A stretch of 61,617 bases of DNA, filler included, from Choristocarpus tenellus KU-1152 (taxonomy: Eukaryota > Protista > Phaeophyceae): assembly GCA_964200185.2 (NCBI GenBank). It is 11 parts of 11 records of this genome, joined end to end, with 100 filler letters (N's around TTAATTAATTAA, not from the genome) between each part and the next. Parts side by side here need not be neighbours in the genome. Positions count along the whole stretch, not along the records: positions 1 to 3,881 come from CAXNAD020017400.1; positions 3,982 to 9,035 come from CAXNAD020012025.1; positions 9,136 to 17,334 come from CAXNAD020005008.1; 8 more parts are not named here. The stretch is one strand, 5' to 3'. Below, piece by piece: positions 1-12,400 of the stretch. How positions within the stretch are numbered: the first letter of the stretch is position 1; the number at the start of each line of letters is the position of its first letter. The position numbers and the translations under genes are program-made. The notes under the pieces were generated by a model. It was not told the DNA's origin and did no database searches. It worked only from the letters and a program-made list of their open reading frames with translations.

Positions 1-46
1 GTGGGGGGGGGAGGGTGGGGGTGGGGTGGGCTGCGGTGGGTGTTTT

Positions 47-207
47 GAGGGGGGGGGTCTACACCATGGAGTCCATTCAGGCCCTGACCAGGAGAAGTGC
101 ACTTACATTATCCATCCGACTCATGCAACCAAATCACCCAAAAATCACGGCATGAAAAAATGGGCCCTGAATGGACAGACGCCACCCCCCCCCAGATACT
201 TTGAGCC
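47..207 (+). mobile_element. MITE family B (G-rich TIR), left end obscured by poly-G
   Basis: Collinear with the full copy at 58523-58693; ends ccccagatactttgagcc. Confidence 0.8.
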
Positions 208-315
208 AATAAAATGCTTTCACAGTCATAGTTATGGCACCATCTCAATTTCAATCTCTCTCTGGATCCCCGCTCCAACTGAAACACCTTTAAATAAAGA
301 TATACATATGCCAAG

Positions 316-2042
316 GATGCTAAGCTCAAACAGTCAGAGGAAATGAAGAAGAGAATGGCAGAAAAGGCCGGAGCAAAGGAGGCAAAAGAAAAGATGAAGA
401 AGGATGCACAGAGAGGGAAGAAGATACTGGCCAAGATGCTGCAAGAACACAAGGTGCTTTGGCAGAGCTAGCAATCTCTAGCTGCGAGGTCCCTGTCTCC
501 CAAACTTCTTGAGTTACTGATGCATTGAACAAACTAAGGCTTCACCCGAAGATTTTTCTTTCAGAGTGTATTTGTGTAGTTTACTGCTTGATTTTGTGCT
601 GCTGTTGCACCTACGTTCACCAAAGAAAACATCCACAGCCAATGGATGGCATGAGCCTATTGGAGAGCGTCTGCGTGTCAAGGTTGGATGGAAAACCAAT
701 GTTCGGGGATGGTCAAGAAACATGGCTGAAACATTGTTTTCATCTTCAGTATTGTACCACCTACCAGGCCGCACTATGCTTCAAGGAGTGTGTTTCTGCC
801 CTTAGCATTAGCTTCATACTTCATACTACCTACGACTTACCATCACAATATATATTTTTCCTTCTGCCATGCTTGCAAAAACTCTTCTCAATATCAAAAG
901 ACAGGGCAGAGCAGTGGTCCAAATGATTGATTCACTTTATTCAACTAATAAAGTGATCGATGAATCAAATATGGATGTCATTGATCTGTGGAAGAGGCGC
1001 TGCATGCGATATTTTTTGTTTTTTATCCAACGCTCCATTTAAAAGTGCAATTTCAACTTTGAGAAGGAGATGAGGAATGACTGTGTGTGTGTGCATGTGT
1101 GCGTTTGAATTTACGACTTTGCCTTTGTAGCACAACACACGTTGAAATGTTTTATAGTTGAAGCCCTCAGATTGTGGAGGTTTTGAGCCATAGTGTTTCA
1201 TCTGTGAGCGGCAATGTGGTTATCTCAGAGAAAAATACTCTGAAACAATTGGAGGTAGAACATGAAGTCTTCCACCTCAGCCCTCATGGTCTTTCCCCCA
1301 CTTACTCCCTTGTAATATGAGGACTTTTTCATGTGATTGACTAGTCTTGCATAGGCATAACCTAGTATAAATGTTTTGAAAATTGATAATGTATTGTTCA
1401 TGTTTTATTCCATTGAACTTGGTAGTACATCATGCTCATACTACGTGGTACTCTTCAATCCTTTGGAGTAGTCTGGATAAAGCCTTGAGCTCTACTTGTG
1501 CAGCAGTCAACCGGAGAAATCTAATCCAAAAAGGATCATATGTGGTTGTGGACTATGCAATTTTTTGTAGTTTAGACTAATTCAGAATTTAGTTGATGTG
1601 CTCAGGACTTTGTCGTTCAAAGCAGACATCCATAATTAAAACCACCTTACAAGAGTCCAGGTACTTCTTTCATCTTACCTACAACTGCCACTAAGCTTCC
1701 CCCCGACCCTCATACCACACCTCCCTATCTCAAAAAAAAAACTTGTCTCAGGTACAACGGGACCTTCTACTTCAGAAGGAGGCCAAGCTTGAGCTCAGTA
1801 AGCGAATGAATCGCAGACTCCCTACTGAGGGAAAGCACATAACATCCGTGCTCCCAAGGCTTCGTCTACCTGCCAAGCTCCCCCACCATTTGCTGCCTGC
1901 ATCTCTGTCAGCCGTGCTGAGGGGAAAGATCAATAGAGTCAGACAGAGAGTCAAGTGGGGAGGGAGATTAGAGCTTGAGCAAGGGTTAACCTACCGAACA
2001 GATTCTAGGAGGTGCATCCAGGGCGTTGAAGAGAGAAGTTGA
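316..2042 (+). CDS. 3' part of an unknown Lys/Glu-rich coiled-coil protein gene (exons ~316/334-453 and 1752-2042)
   Basis: AG/GT-bounded in-phase exons SEEMKKRMAEK...LQEHK | VQRDLLLQKEAKLELSK...EERS*. Confidence 0.5.
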
Positions 2043-2961
2043 TTCAAGTGAGGGGTCTTCACACGCTTTATGAACACGTTCGTGTATGTTTACCTACGGT
2101 GTCTCTTTTTTTAGTTTACTTATGTTTTTGTGAGTAGTGGAACGAAGTATGATGTATTTCTCCTCTGTTGTATCCTGCGGGAATTGAGATTAGTATCTTA
2201 CTGTGAAGCGAATGGTCATCTCCTTATAGATAATTTGTTGTAGTTGTATATGCTCCCAGTCCTGAGAAAAGGTGTGACTTCGTACACTTCCCAATGTCCT
2301 TGAAGACCACCATCATTGGATAAGGTTTCCAGAAGACACCCACTCATCATGTGCATTCATGATGAAGTTTTTTTCATCTCATCATTTTGGGATGGTGCTA
2401 GTAGTGATTTTTTTCTAGAAATAGAAACAAGTTGCCCTGAGATCGAGAAAGTTGTATAGTACAAAATTCTCTAGAGGACCTTTTGTTGCTGGTGAAGTCA
2501 GAGACTATACCAAGCAGCTAGAAAAGTCGGCAAAGCAAGGAATCCTATTTCTTTCAGAAAGTTCTTCGACATTTTCTTAAATCCAAGTTACTGCAATCAG
2601 TTTCAAGAGTAGAAATTCAAGCAAATTCTGACGTCCATAGGATCTACCGCATGTAGCTGTTGATTGTTTTCTTATTGCAGGACCCGAAAGGAGGAGCCTG
2701 ATACCATCATGGCAGTATTTTTCATGTCTATTCTCTTAGGTCCTCAGTGATTATGAATCGGAGTAGGAAAGCATCTTCCAGGGCTATAGGTCACATTTTG
2801 CACATTGTTGTCATGATACCGGGGTGTTCTTATATTAGTTGAGGTCAGGAAGTGACCCAAGCAAGGGGTAAGAGGTCCATAAAAAGTCAGGTAGGAGAAA
2901 TGACGCATGATTGATAGGTGTGTGGGGAGCTGGCGACCAGAACCAAACAACTCCATCAGAA

Positions 2962-3218
2962 GAGCCAAATTATCTTAGAGGGTAGAGCTGCGTCCATTTG
3001 GGGACCAAAATCCAATGTTGCGATTTCGATGAATTTTGTCTATCGTGTTTGTTAGGAAGTGCCAATATCCTTGTTCTGGACACAACTTTTCATAACATAT
3101 ACATTTTACCTGCTCTGAATTTTTTTCGAGTAGGAAAACGTCATATGAACCCCAACGGAAGCATAGCCCCAAATGGACAAACAGGGCAAAATTTGTACCC
3201 TCTAAGATACTTTCACTC
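2962..3218 (+). mobile_element. MITE family A, full copy, TSD AGAA
   Basis: TIRs gagccaaattatcttagagggta / taccctctaagatactttcactc; agaa on both flanks. Confidence 0.92.
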
Positions 3219-3795
3219 AGAAGGAACATATGGTAAGGCATTCAATGTGGCAGAAAACTTGATGGTACTGCATCAAACTTTGTCCTGGTGTGCAAAAGTG
3301 AAGACTAAAAATGAAGCAGAAGATGCGTGGGGGAACGGTACATTTTTTCTTAGCTTGTCACATAAACAATCAGCTAATGTTTATTGTAACCTCTTGAGCA
3401 TGCATAAGATTCACACATTGGACACCACGTTCATAACCTACATTTTGTAGTTAGCTTACTGCTCACACAACCAGTACTTGTCGAGCACATTTCTATAGTA
3501 AATAGGAGTAGAATACGCATGGCTCAAAATTTCAGTAGATCGTATCATGCCATTTGAAAGACCATGAAGAGTAAACTGAAGAAAATAGGGGGATAATGTA
3601 TACCACACCCACCAACAGTCAGACAAATTTTGGCACCACAGAGGATGACAGGGACAATAATACATTGTGCTGGTTGAGCTAATCGGAGTTGCCTCCTATT
3701 TTATTGGTGTGATACGTAGTTGCTATCTCCTACTGGAGATAGCCTGCATGCTCTTCAAGTTGCTTCTCCCCTTACTATTATCCAATGCTCTCTAA

Positions 3796-3832
3796 GGCTC
3801 AAAGCATCTGTATGGGGGCGGTGGCTGTCCAA
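3796..3832. mobile_element. MITE family B terminal fragment
   Basis: ggctcaaagcatctg...ggcggtggctgtccaatt matches the family B end. Confidence 0.55.
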
Positions 3833-3881
3833 TTAACAGCGGATCATGATAATGGCGGATGGATCATTTCATGGAGGATGG

Positions 3882-3981
3882 NNNNNNNNNNNNNNNNNNN
3901 NNNNNNNNNNNNNNNNNNNNNNNNNTTAATTAATTAANNNNNNNNNNNNNNNNNNNNNNNNNNNNNNNNNNNNNNNNNNNN
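3882..3981. other. Artificial contig spacer N44-TTAATTAATTAA-N44. Identical spacers at 9036-9135, 17335-17434, 21105-21204, 24992-25091, 33361-33460, 38383-38482, 41948-42047, 44899-44998, 51297-51396
   Basis: Ten identical 100-bp blocks; TTAATTAATTAA gives stop codons in all six frames. Confidence 0.97.
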
Positions 3982-4339
3982 AGGAGGTCTACATCAGTAC
4001 TACAGCTTTAGTGCACATGGCATGAATTCTTGACAGAGATTTGGAGATAATATGTGCCGTATGTCATGCTTCTAGGAGTTACTCAAAAAATATTTCATCA
4101 GAGTACTTTTGCGGTCAACCTTTGAGTGTTCCAGAGTGGTTCTGTATGCACGTACTCAGACAATGTATATCAGAGCCATGCTCCTACCATCAAGGACCAA
4201 TACTTGGGTATGCTTTTTGAGGCCGTGACTTGTTGCACATGTTTCGCTCTTCTTTGAGCTGAACATTTTTCCATTCGCTTAATATTCACTTCCCTTGTTT
4301 GTTATATCTTGTGTGTCTTGAATCCGTAGCATTCTGCAG

Positions 4340-7300
4340 GGCCTCATAAGACCTTCTCACAATGCAGATTTGGGGGCATCCACTGGGGTGGAGGAATCCA
4401 AGGGGCAGAGTGAGGAGGTGGAGAACGACCTGACCTTTCAAGACTCACAGAGGAGGGACAATGATGACAGAGAGTTCATAACTGTGCTTCCTGCCCTGCA
4501 ATTCATCCTGACTGGGATGGTGGGGAGGCCAGGCGGGTTCCATCCAATTCCTGCTGTTAAGTTGGCATTTGAGGTGTTGAGCTATGTGTGAGTGGAGATA
4601 TATTATTTTTTAGTCCTAGATAGTATTAACGAAACTTTATGCCAATCGCCAGAGCAGGATATGTAATCGTGGTCCAGAGTCAAGGATGTCAATGCCGTTA
4701 TTGCAGTTGTAACACCCCAAATCTCATTTGTGCCGGAATAATTATTCATCTATGATTATGTCACTAAAAGGGAATGACCTCAGTCAGTTCCATCATTTTG
4801 AATCCATGCCCTCACTCTTTACATGCCCTTCAACAGCGAAAAACGATGAACTGCAAGTCAATGCCAGCACCATCCTCAGATGTGCTGCTCCTTGCATGGT
4901 CTACATTTCTCTTGACCTCAAGGTGGTAAATCGTGTAACAAGATAACTGCACACCTTGCAGCCAATTCAAGAGAGGATATTTCCATCTCTCTGTTGTTCG
5001 ACATTTGCATACGATATGTGTGTGATACTGTTTATAACGTGGCATTGTTGTAGCCCTGTTGGTGATCTATCACCTTTCAAGACAGTGTTCCTTTTTATGA
5101 AAACGCCCTTGGCATTGCCCCCTTGGTCCTAGATTCTCCTATGTATATAGCAAGAAGATTTAGTTCAATGGCACTTGTTATACAATATCTATCATCATTA
5201 CACACACCAAATGACACCAATGCTATGCTTATTATTTTGGTCTATATTCCACCATTTCGAATGGACGTTCCGATCTATTCTTTGAGTTGACAGCAACCAA
5301 GAAACCATATCACAGAAGGTAATGACCCCATGCTGTTGTACCTTTGTGAGCAGGGACATATGAATGAGTGAATTAACTTCTGCCCATAGTTCCAGCGCAT
5401 ACGGGAGGTCATGACTGTCAAAGATTCGTACTTTGCACATTTCATCAAGAGCATGTTTTCTACAATGATATAGAGTAGGTATGCCAGACAGTAATTCAAA
5501 CAGCGAAGTCAAGTGCAAAGTAGAATATTCTCCTTTGCTCTATAAATGCAATATCTTTGTTCATTGTACCACATATATCCTTGCTGATTTGTTCATGGTT
5601 CCATATGTTGAGACTTTGTAAAGATAAAGTTTGTTTGCTTGCCGCACATTTCCAGGGCAACTATGTTTTTGTTCTGGACTGCCGTCAGCATTGATGACCC
5701 AAGCAAAATCCCACTGGAGGAAGTGATGCTCTACGTCTTTGTTCTGGTGGGTGTGATGGACTAGGTCCAGATTGTAGCCTTTGCAAGGAGTCACTTGTCC
5801 TAGCTGTTCTGGGAACTGTGGGCACTCTAGCGTCACTTCCATGTTCTGGTAGTACTTTGGTGTGGTCACATTCTGAAGAACTCAACACTTGAAGACCGCC
5901 GTCTCCAATCTGCTTCATAACTTAGGACATCGCTTGCGTGTTGGTCGTTCTCTGGGATTGCTAATTTTCCCTTAAATGTCTTATTATGTATCCTTCCCAA
6001 TGTTGGGCAACCCTTCTTGGAATATCCAGAGGTAACATTTGTATATTACTCCTTTCGAATTACTATATTCCAGTACAAAATGGGTACGCTTATGTTGTTT
6101 TTCTTTTTGGTGTCTTAATATATTTTTATGGTTTGAACGCCCGTATGTTCTATATGATACCAACATAGCACACGGATGGATGAACTTCTTTGAGACTATT
6201 GTGTGGGAATCACTGCCACGCTCTGTGGTCAGTCAGATGTCATTATGTGATCTGCGTGGTTGATTGTTCTCTCTATAAAACTTCTGTGACAATGATATTG
6301 CTGCAACTACCAAAGAAATACGTGCAAATTGTTTTCCGCAGAGAGTTCACAAAGATGCGAGATTAAGTGGTAGGTCAAGCAATAATTGTTAATTTCTTTC
6401 CAAAATCAACAAGCTGACATGATTAATTTTATCCTTCGAAATACCTTGTTTTGGATGTGATACAAAACTTAGAATCAAAGTCCGCATCTAAGCCAATATT
6501 TTTTTCTGCATGGTTCGCTGGGCTTTCTACCAAACTTAAAACTTGATTTGAGTAACTTTAAGTGCTCTAGTAGTGCCCTCGCTGAATAGTCTGAGGAACA
6601 AGAAATGATAAGATATTTTATGTCAACCCTAAACTCACGCCTACGAACATTGTTCCTCTCTCCTTTGATGTATCCTGGAAGGGCATTATGATTCGAGAGG
6701 CATCGGAGTTTCAACAAGCATGCACATTGAAGGACGTGTACCCAAGGCTATGTCTAAGTTTGTGCACATCGCATTGGGTTTGATCCTACCATTTTTATCA
6801 AAATCCTGGGATCAAGTGGAGCAAGAAACTCTTCGTAATCAAGTCTTTTTGTCATAGTCACGTAGATAGTGTCGTTATTAAGTTCGAGTTGTAGTGCATA
6901 TTATCGATCGATAGTGGAAGGATATGTATGTCAAATATAGTTTGCAATGTTTTGTTGATTTGCCGATTCTTCCAATCATCATTAAAAGGATGGACATCAA
7001 TAGTTCACCTTGTTGTTTCCTAAGTATATTTGATAAATTCGATATTTGATGCCAACTACGACACATGATACTACGAAGCCCCACGAAGTCCCTGCCAACC
7101 GCCGCGCCAAAGAGTATCGTTCCGACTTACATTTAATTTTGTTGTGTCAGGTATTTTGGTGATAGGTGGAACTCCCTGGACATGGCACTGGTCATCTTCA
7201 TTGTGGTTGGGTTTGTGCTTCGCATGGTGGTTGCAAAGGAGAGTTCCGACCCAAGCAACTCCAGTGCCCTGGTCCCAGTGCAGGTTTTACTTGCCATCAG

Positions 7301-8189
7301 TGCCCCTCTTTTGTTCTCACGCATTCTCTTCCTCGTCCAGAACAACAGCACCTTGGGCCCCATGGTTCCGGTGAGGGGTGCATGAGAATTGTAAATGTTA
7401 TGTTGGAATTAATGTGAACATTGAGTAATCTGTGTGTAGTACTCCTGCCATACCAAAATATCTGTTCAAGTTCGTTGGCTATAAAAGCTTGGCTGTCAGG
7501 AATAATCTTGAAATTCTCATTTCTGTTTTTTATTATCACTCCATCACAGCTAAAGTGCCTTTTAGTTAAAAGGAATGCAATGTGTAGGGGCAGTACGAGC
7601 TGACCTTTCTGACTTGTTATCCGCTCGACCTCTTAACAGACATTTTTTGCTATGATTAAAGAACTCTTACAGTTAGCAGTACTGCTCCTAGTATTGCTGG
7701 TGGGGTTGCTATCACCTTCTGGGCCCTCTTTGACCATCATGTCTCGGTACTCTTCATAGACTATGAGTGCCCTGCAAATGTGAGTACCAATAACCCAGCA
7801 TTTTACCACCCACTTCAAGGTGACTACGGAGACTTCTTCACATCAGTAGAAACAATGTTCCGGGCTATGCTTGAGAGCTTTGACTTCTCAGCTTTTGATC
7901 AGTATGATGGCTGTGAAAAAACTTCCCTAAGCAACGTGGGCAAGGTCCTCCTCATGATCTACCTTGTCATCATGGCAATTTTATTGCTTAATCTGCTTAT
8001 TGCGGTGCTCAGCACGGCTCATTCCGACATCTACATTAACGTGGAGAAGGAGTTTCTCCATGCCCGGACCATGATAATGACACAAGCAGGAAAATCTGTC
8101 AGGAAAGGGACACTCCCTCCTCCTCTCAACGTGATAACCTCTGCAGTAGGTGTTATAATAGACACCCCGGCTATGCTCCATTGCAGCAG
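4340..8189 (+). pseudogene. TRP-family cation channel, partial and frameshifted (exons ~4340-4587, 5656-5746, ~7151-7370, ~7640-8189)
   Basis: Spliced translation gives pre-S1/S1 PAVKLAFEVLSYVATMFLFW, S3 WNSLD, S4-S5 linker TLGPMV, S6 LLLNLLIAVLS, TRP-box region EKEFLHAR and LPPPLN. A 1-nt frameshift lies near 7706. Confidence 0.8.
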
Positions 8190-9135
8190 GTAGGTTTGGT
8201 GTGTTTGCTGAATTGTTTATAGGTCCGCATTTTGTCAACTCGTTGTGCTTTCAGCAGAAGAGTTGATTGGGGGTCAGAGTCCCCTGTTGGCAAACATTTC
8301 GCATCTGACATCTTGCACATCAAGTATATGGGTAGTTAAATCTGTTGATTGTCCCCTTGGGATTATGTGGGTGTTGGTGGTATGAACAGTATAATTAGAT
8401 AACAAAGAAAGGGTCCTACTATTGAAAACTGGTAACTTCAGAGTGTTAAAATCTAGGAATAGTTGAAATGGAAGACTGCCGAAAGGTCAGGTCAATGATA
8501 TTCTTTTTATTTCGAAATATACTGCTAGCTGTTAGTCCTACTTCAACCTACCTTCGTGCAGCATACAAGATCTATAGATGTATGCTTTGCCAAGCGTAAG
8601 TGAGATTCTATGCGGTTGAGAGGTGATACATTTACCACACGAGTCCATGGTCTCCACAGTTGGGTATGCATCTCGTGATTTGATTTCATTTCTTGGTACC
8701 AAGAATATTGCACGTCTAATTCTTGTAGTGAGGGTGGTTGGAATTAGCTTCTGGGTTAGGCTTTTGAAGGTGGGATTAGAATTAACTAAACACCGCATAT
8801 AGGATCAATATGTGGGGTGATTCAACCACGAGTTGCAAACCCACCTCACTCCCATGTTTTAAAACATTAGCTGTTTGTAGTTTAACATGAATATCACAAA
8901 ACCCATACACGATTGCTGATCCTAGAACCCATGTGTCTGTGCGAAATTCTTGAAGACCTTTCTCGAAGAGCAAAACCTGGCAAATTGTCAATGGGACACT
9001 GGGAACTCTCTTCTTCAGTTTCTCTATGGGTCTGCNNNNNNNNNNNNNNNNNNNNNNNNNNNNNNNNNNNNNNNNNNNNTTAATTAATTAANNNNNNNNN
9101 NNNNNNNNNNNNNNNNNNNNNNNNNNNNNNNNNNN

Positions 9136-9202
9136 CCATGGGAAGCCAAGCCCCAAATGGACAAACAGGGTAAAACGTGTACCCTCTAAGATACTTTCAC
9201 TC
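9136..9202 (+). mobile_element. MITE family A, right end truncated by contig edge
   Basis: ccccaaatggacaaacagggtaaaacgtgtaccctctaagatactttcactc. Confidence 0.85.
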
Positions 9203-9459
9203 TGCTAACCTGTGTGCTTGCATAGCAGTGTGTAAGAAACAACACGTTGGTTTTGTACCTGAGACCAGAGTTCACTCCCAACTCAAGCACCTCACCATTC
9301 AGTCCAGGTCCCCCTACCCCCCCCTCCCCTCCCTCCCCTTGTCCCGCCAATATGTAGCCCTAGTCCACCATTTTCACTGGATAGGCCTACGAGACCCATC
9401 CTTACCACGATGTTTGGTTCCCCACCTGTTTCTTTCTGTGTTGCAAAAAAAACTTGTAG

Positions 9460-12400
9460 GACACAGGAGACCTGAGGGAGAAGAAAGGTCTAGAAACTTT
9501 TCTCAATTTTGAGCGGTACAGGGGAATATTGGATGCGCAGCGTGCAGGGCTGCGAGAGAAGGAACATCAAAGCACCGTGTCTGAGCAGGTTTTTGCTTGC
9601 TTCCTTTTGAGTGATTTGTGTTGCGCCCGAGGGCTGTCCTGAAGTCCTGTATTTCATTTCTTCAGGAGTGGGGAAGAGTTGTCTGTTTGTTGTGAGAGGG
9701 AGTGCCGAATGTTGTGATACTTAATTTGAGGGGAAGAGACAAAATATGCTGAAGTGTGAGATGCGGTTTGTGCTGTGAGGTTGTTGAATACACGGTGCAG
9801 TGCTTTGTATGTCCTTAAAAGTTGTCCATTTTGTGTGTGCTGCTGCTGCTGCCGGGTAATTTTCATTGGAAGGCATGTCAATGCATTGTTCTGCGAGGGT
9901 TGCTTTCGGTGCCAAGATTTTTATTCAATTTTATCAAGGCGGGATTTTTTTTTCTTTCATCTTGTATTGGGTGGGCCACCTGTACGGTTGTAGTGGGTGG
10001 ATTGCTTGGGGGATGGGGTAGTGGTGACTTGTTACTTTTTGACCCTTGTCAAACAATCAGAATCTGCCAATCCATTTCAAGATGTAGCGCCTAGAGCTTT
10101 TACCAGTAACCATCCACAGAGCTAGGAAGTTGTGGTAAAGTATCAGCACTTGCTGAGGCCACCCCCCCCCCCCCCCCCAACCCCCTGTCCCGAATTGGAT
10201 TTTTCTGAAGGGCACATTGTACAATGAGAAGCAGTTGCACCAATGGAAAGCTTACATCCCAGCTTTAGCTTATTGGATGGCATGAGTCCCTAGCCCCAAC
10301 AGTACGGGCGTTTACTGACTGTTATTACACTGTGTTTTTATTTTTTCTATTTTTTTTGTGAGGGTAGATCAAGGAGAAACTGGAAGAGTTAGCCGCGGCT
10401 AGGATGGGGGAAGATACTCAGGCTGCAGCTGTGCAGGATGCCCTGGCTCATCGCAGCAAGAAGGTCTGTGTAGTTGTTTGTGTGCATAGTGTATGCTGTG
10501 TTTATCACAGAGTAGATGGTGACATTAGGGAAGGAGGTAGGCTGATAGGGCGGGGTATTGGATACAGTGATGGTGTTACTAGTAAGGTTGGTCGTGCGAA
10601 TAGTGATGGGTGGTGAAGCAGAGTGTTGGAGAAGATGTAGAAGACATCACTGCTGGACAAGTGTGTAAGGGAGGGTTGGTGTAGTCTCTGCATGCATAGA
10701 GGATTTTCTTTGCTGATCAAGTCTTAATTGGCCTAGTTCAACTTTGTTGTAGTTTATTGTGCCTGTCTCTATGAACATCTACTATGCTGTGCAGCTGCAG
10801 ATAGCCAGTGTGTGTGCTGGAAGTTGTTGTTGGGGGTGGAGGCATTCTTAAAGTTGTGAGTTGAAATAACATCAGGGGCGTGTGGTGGGTGGCATAGGCA
10901 AGGGAGTTATCTTACGTAGGAAGGGTTAGGGTTAGGGAATGGGACATTTATGTGATACGTGCAAAGATTTCTGGACACTGGCAGTTACTCTACAGTAGGG
11001 GTGTAGTACATGGTTTTGATATGTTCGAGGCCTGTACTGGAGTGATGGCTGTTGCTATCACTGTTAACTGTATTGTAGTGTAGTGCTAACTATGAAAGAC
11101 GAGGATGCTGAAGATGTGTAGTGGGGAAATTTTATTAGATTGATGTGTGATGCCAGTCCCAGGTTGCTCCCCTTCTGCTAATAGTACGTGTTTCCACTGC
11201 CACAATGGTGATGCCGTCTGATGAAGTGTGCCCATGAGTTGGCTATGTGCCCCTTTGGTGTGTAACTCCTTACACCATATTGGAGTATAACTCTTTATAC
11301 GCTATCGAAGTATAGCTCTTTGTACCTTATTTGTGTATAACTTGCATTTTTATTCTTTGCGAGAAAGTTTTTTTTTTTCGTTCTATTTTTCCAGTCCTAA
11401 CCTCTTCAACTAGGACCCCTAGAAATATACAGTCATTTTGCTTGTGGGGAAGTTATTATGATCCTGAACTCTTGAGGCATGTGCCTTCCACAGGGGTTAT
11501 CCTCTCGAGTCCCTCGCCTCTGTGCATCTTTCTTTAGCTACAAGGCCTGTCTTAAGAGACTGTGATGATACATATGTCCAGGTTCACTGCTGATGTGTTC
11601 TTGGTATTAAGGTCTTTTTTTGACAGGGTGACATGACCTATCATTGATTACATATCCTTCTGTACCCAAGTCATTCATAATGATAATAATCATATTAGTG
11701 TTAATATTAGTAGAAATACTAATACTAATAGTTATAATAATATCAGGTAGTTTTTATGGGGGTTTGAGTGAGTTATGTTTGGGCCCCGTTTTGTTGTTAC
11801 AGTTTTTATGCAAGGGGTCTGTGTCAAGAAGTGAGCTGGTTGATGATTCTTGCCTGTCACTTGTCCCTTACTATAGGAGTTATTATCCCCAGTGATCTCC
11901 ATGATGATGATCAATGGCGCCCACCACTTTTGGGCTCCTGCCTTCTCAAAACGAGTAGGCTTGACTGGTTGGAGTAGAGCTCTCTACTATGCAAGTATTG
12001 AGCGGTTTGCTGTTTGTTGATCAAATATTTTGTGAACTGAAGGGATTGTGGAGGATGTTCTTGTCACTTGTCTTGATAGTCTCTTAGTGTTAGTAGTGTG
12101 TGTGGTGTTTCGTGTAGTGAGTTGGGTTGCTCTTCCTGGTCTCTTCTGCTAGCTAGACTGAGCCATTCATGAAAGGGGGGGTGCTATGCCTTGTCAATGA
12201 GTTGTCATACGATGTTCAATTAGGTAAAAAAACGAAATACTATCACAGGTAATTGAAATTGTTGAAGATTCCGACACTCATCATTACCCGATTTATGAAT
12301 GCCGTTAAGTTTATTCATTTGCCATCAATCTGCTGTATACCGATATATGTATATATATAATATACATACACATAACGCGTGTGTATGTAGTATCATTAAA

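Noticed and set aside
2998-3450. Apparent protein family sharing PNGQTG..YPLRYF / QSILEG motifs in many track ORFs
   Set aside because: These are translations of MITE TIRs, not genes
3882-3981. Recurrent TTAATTAATTAA palindrome as a biological motif
   Set aside because: Always centred in an exact 100-bp N spacer; it is an artificial six-frame stop linker
6300-7120. TE-derived coding relic in the TRP intron (similarly ~34850-35280)
   Set aside because: Stop-riddled frames with no motif I could assign confidently
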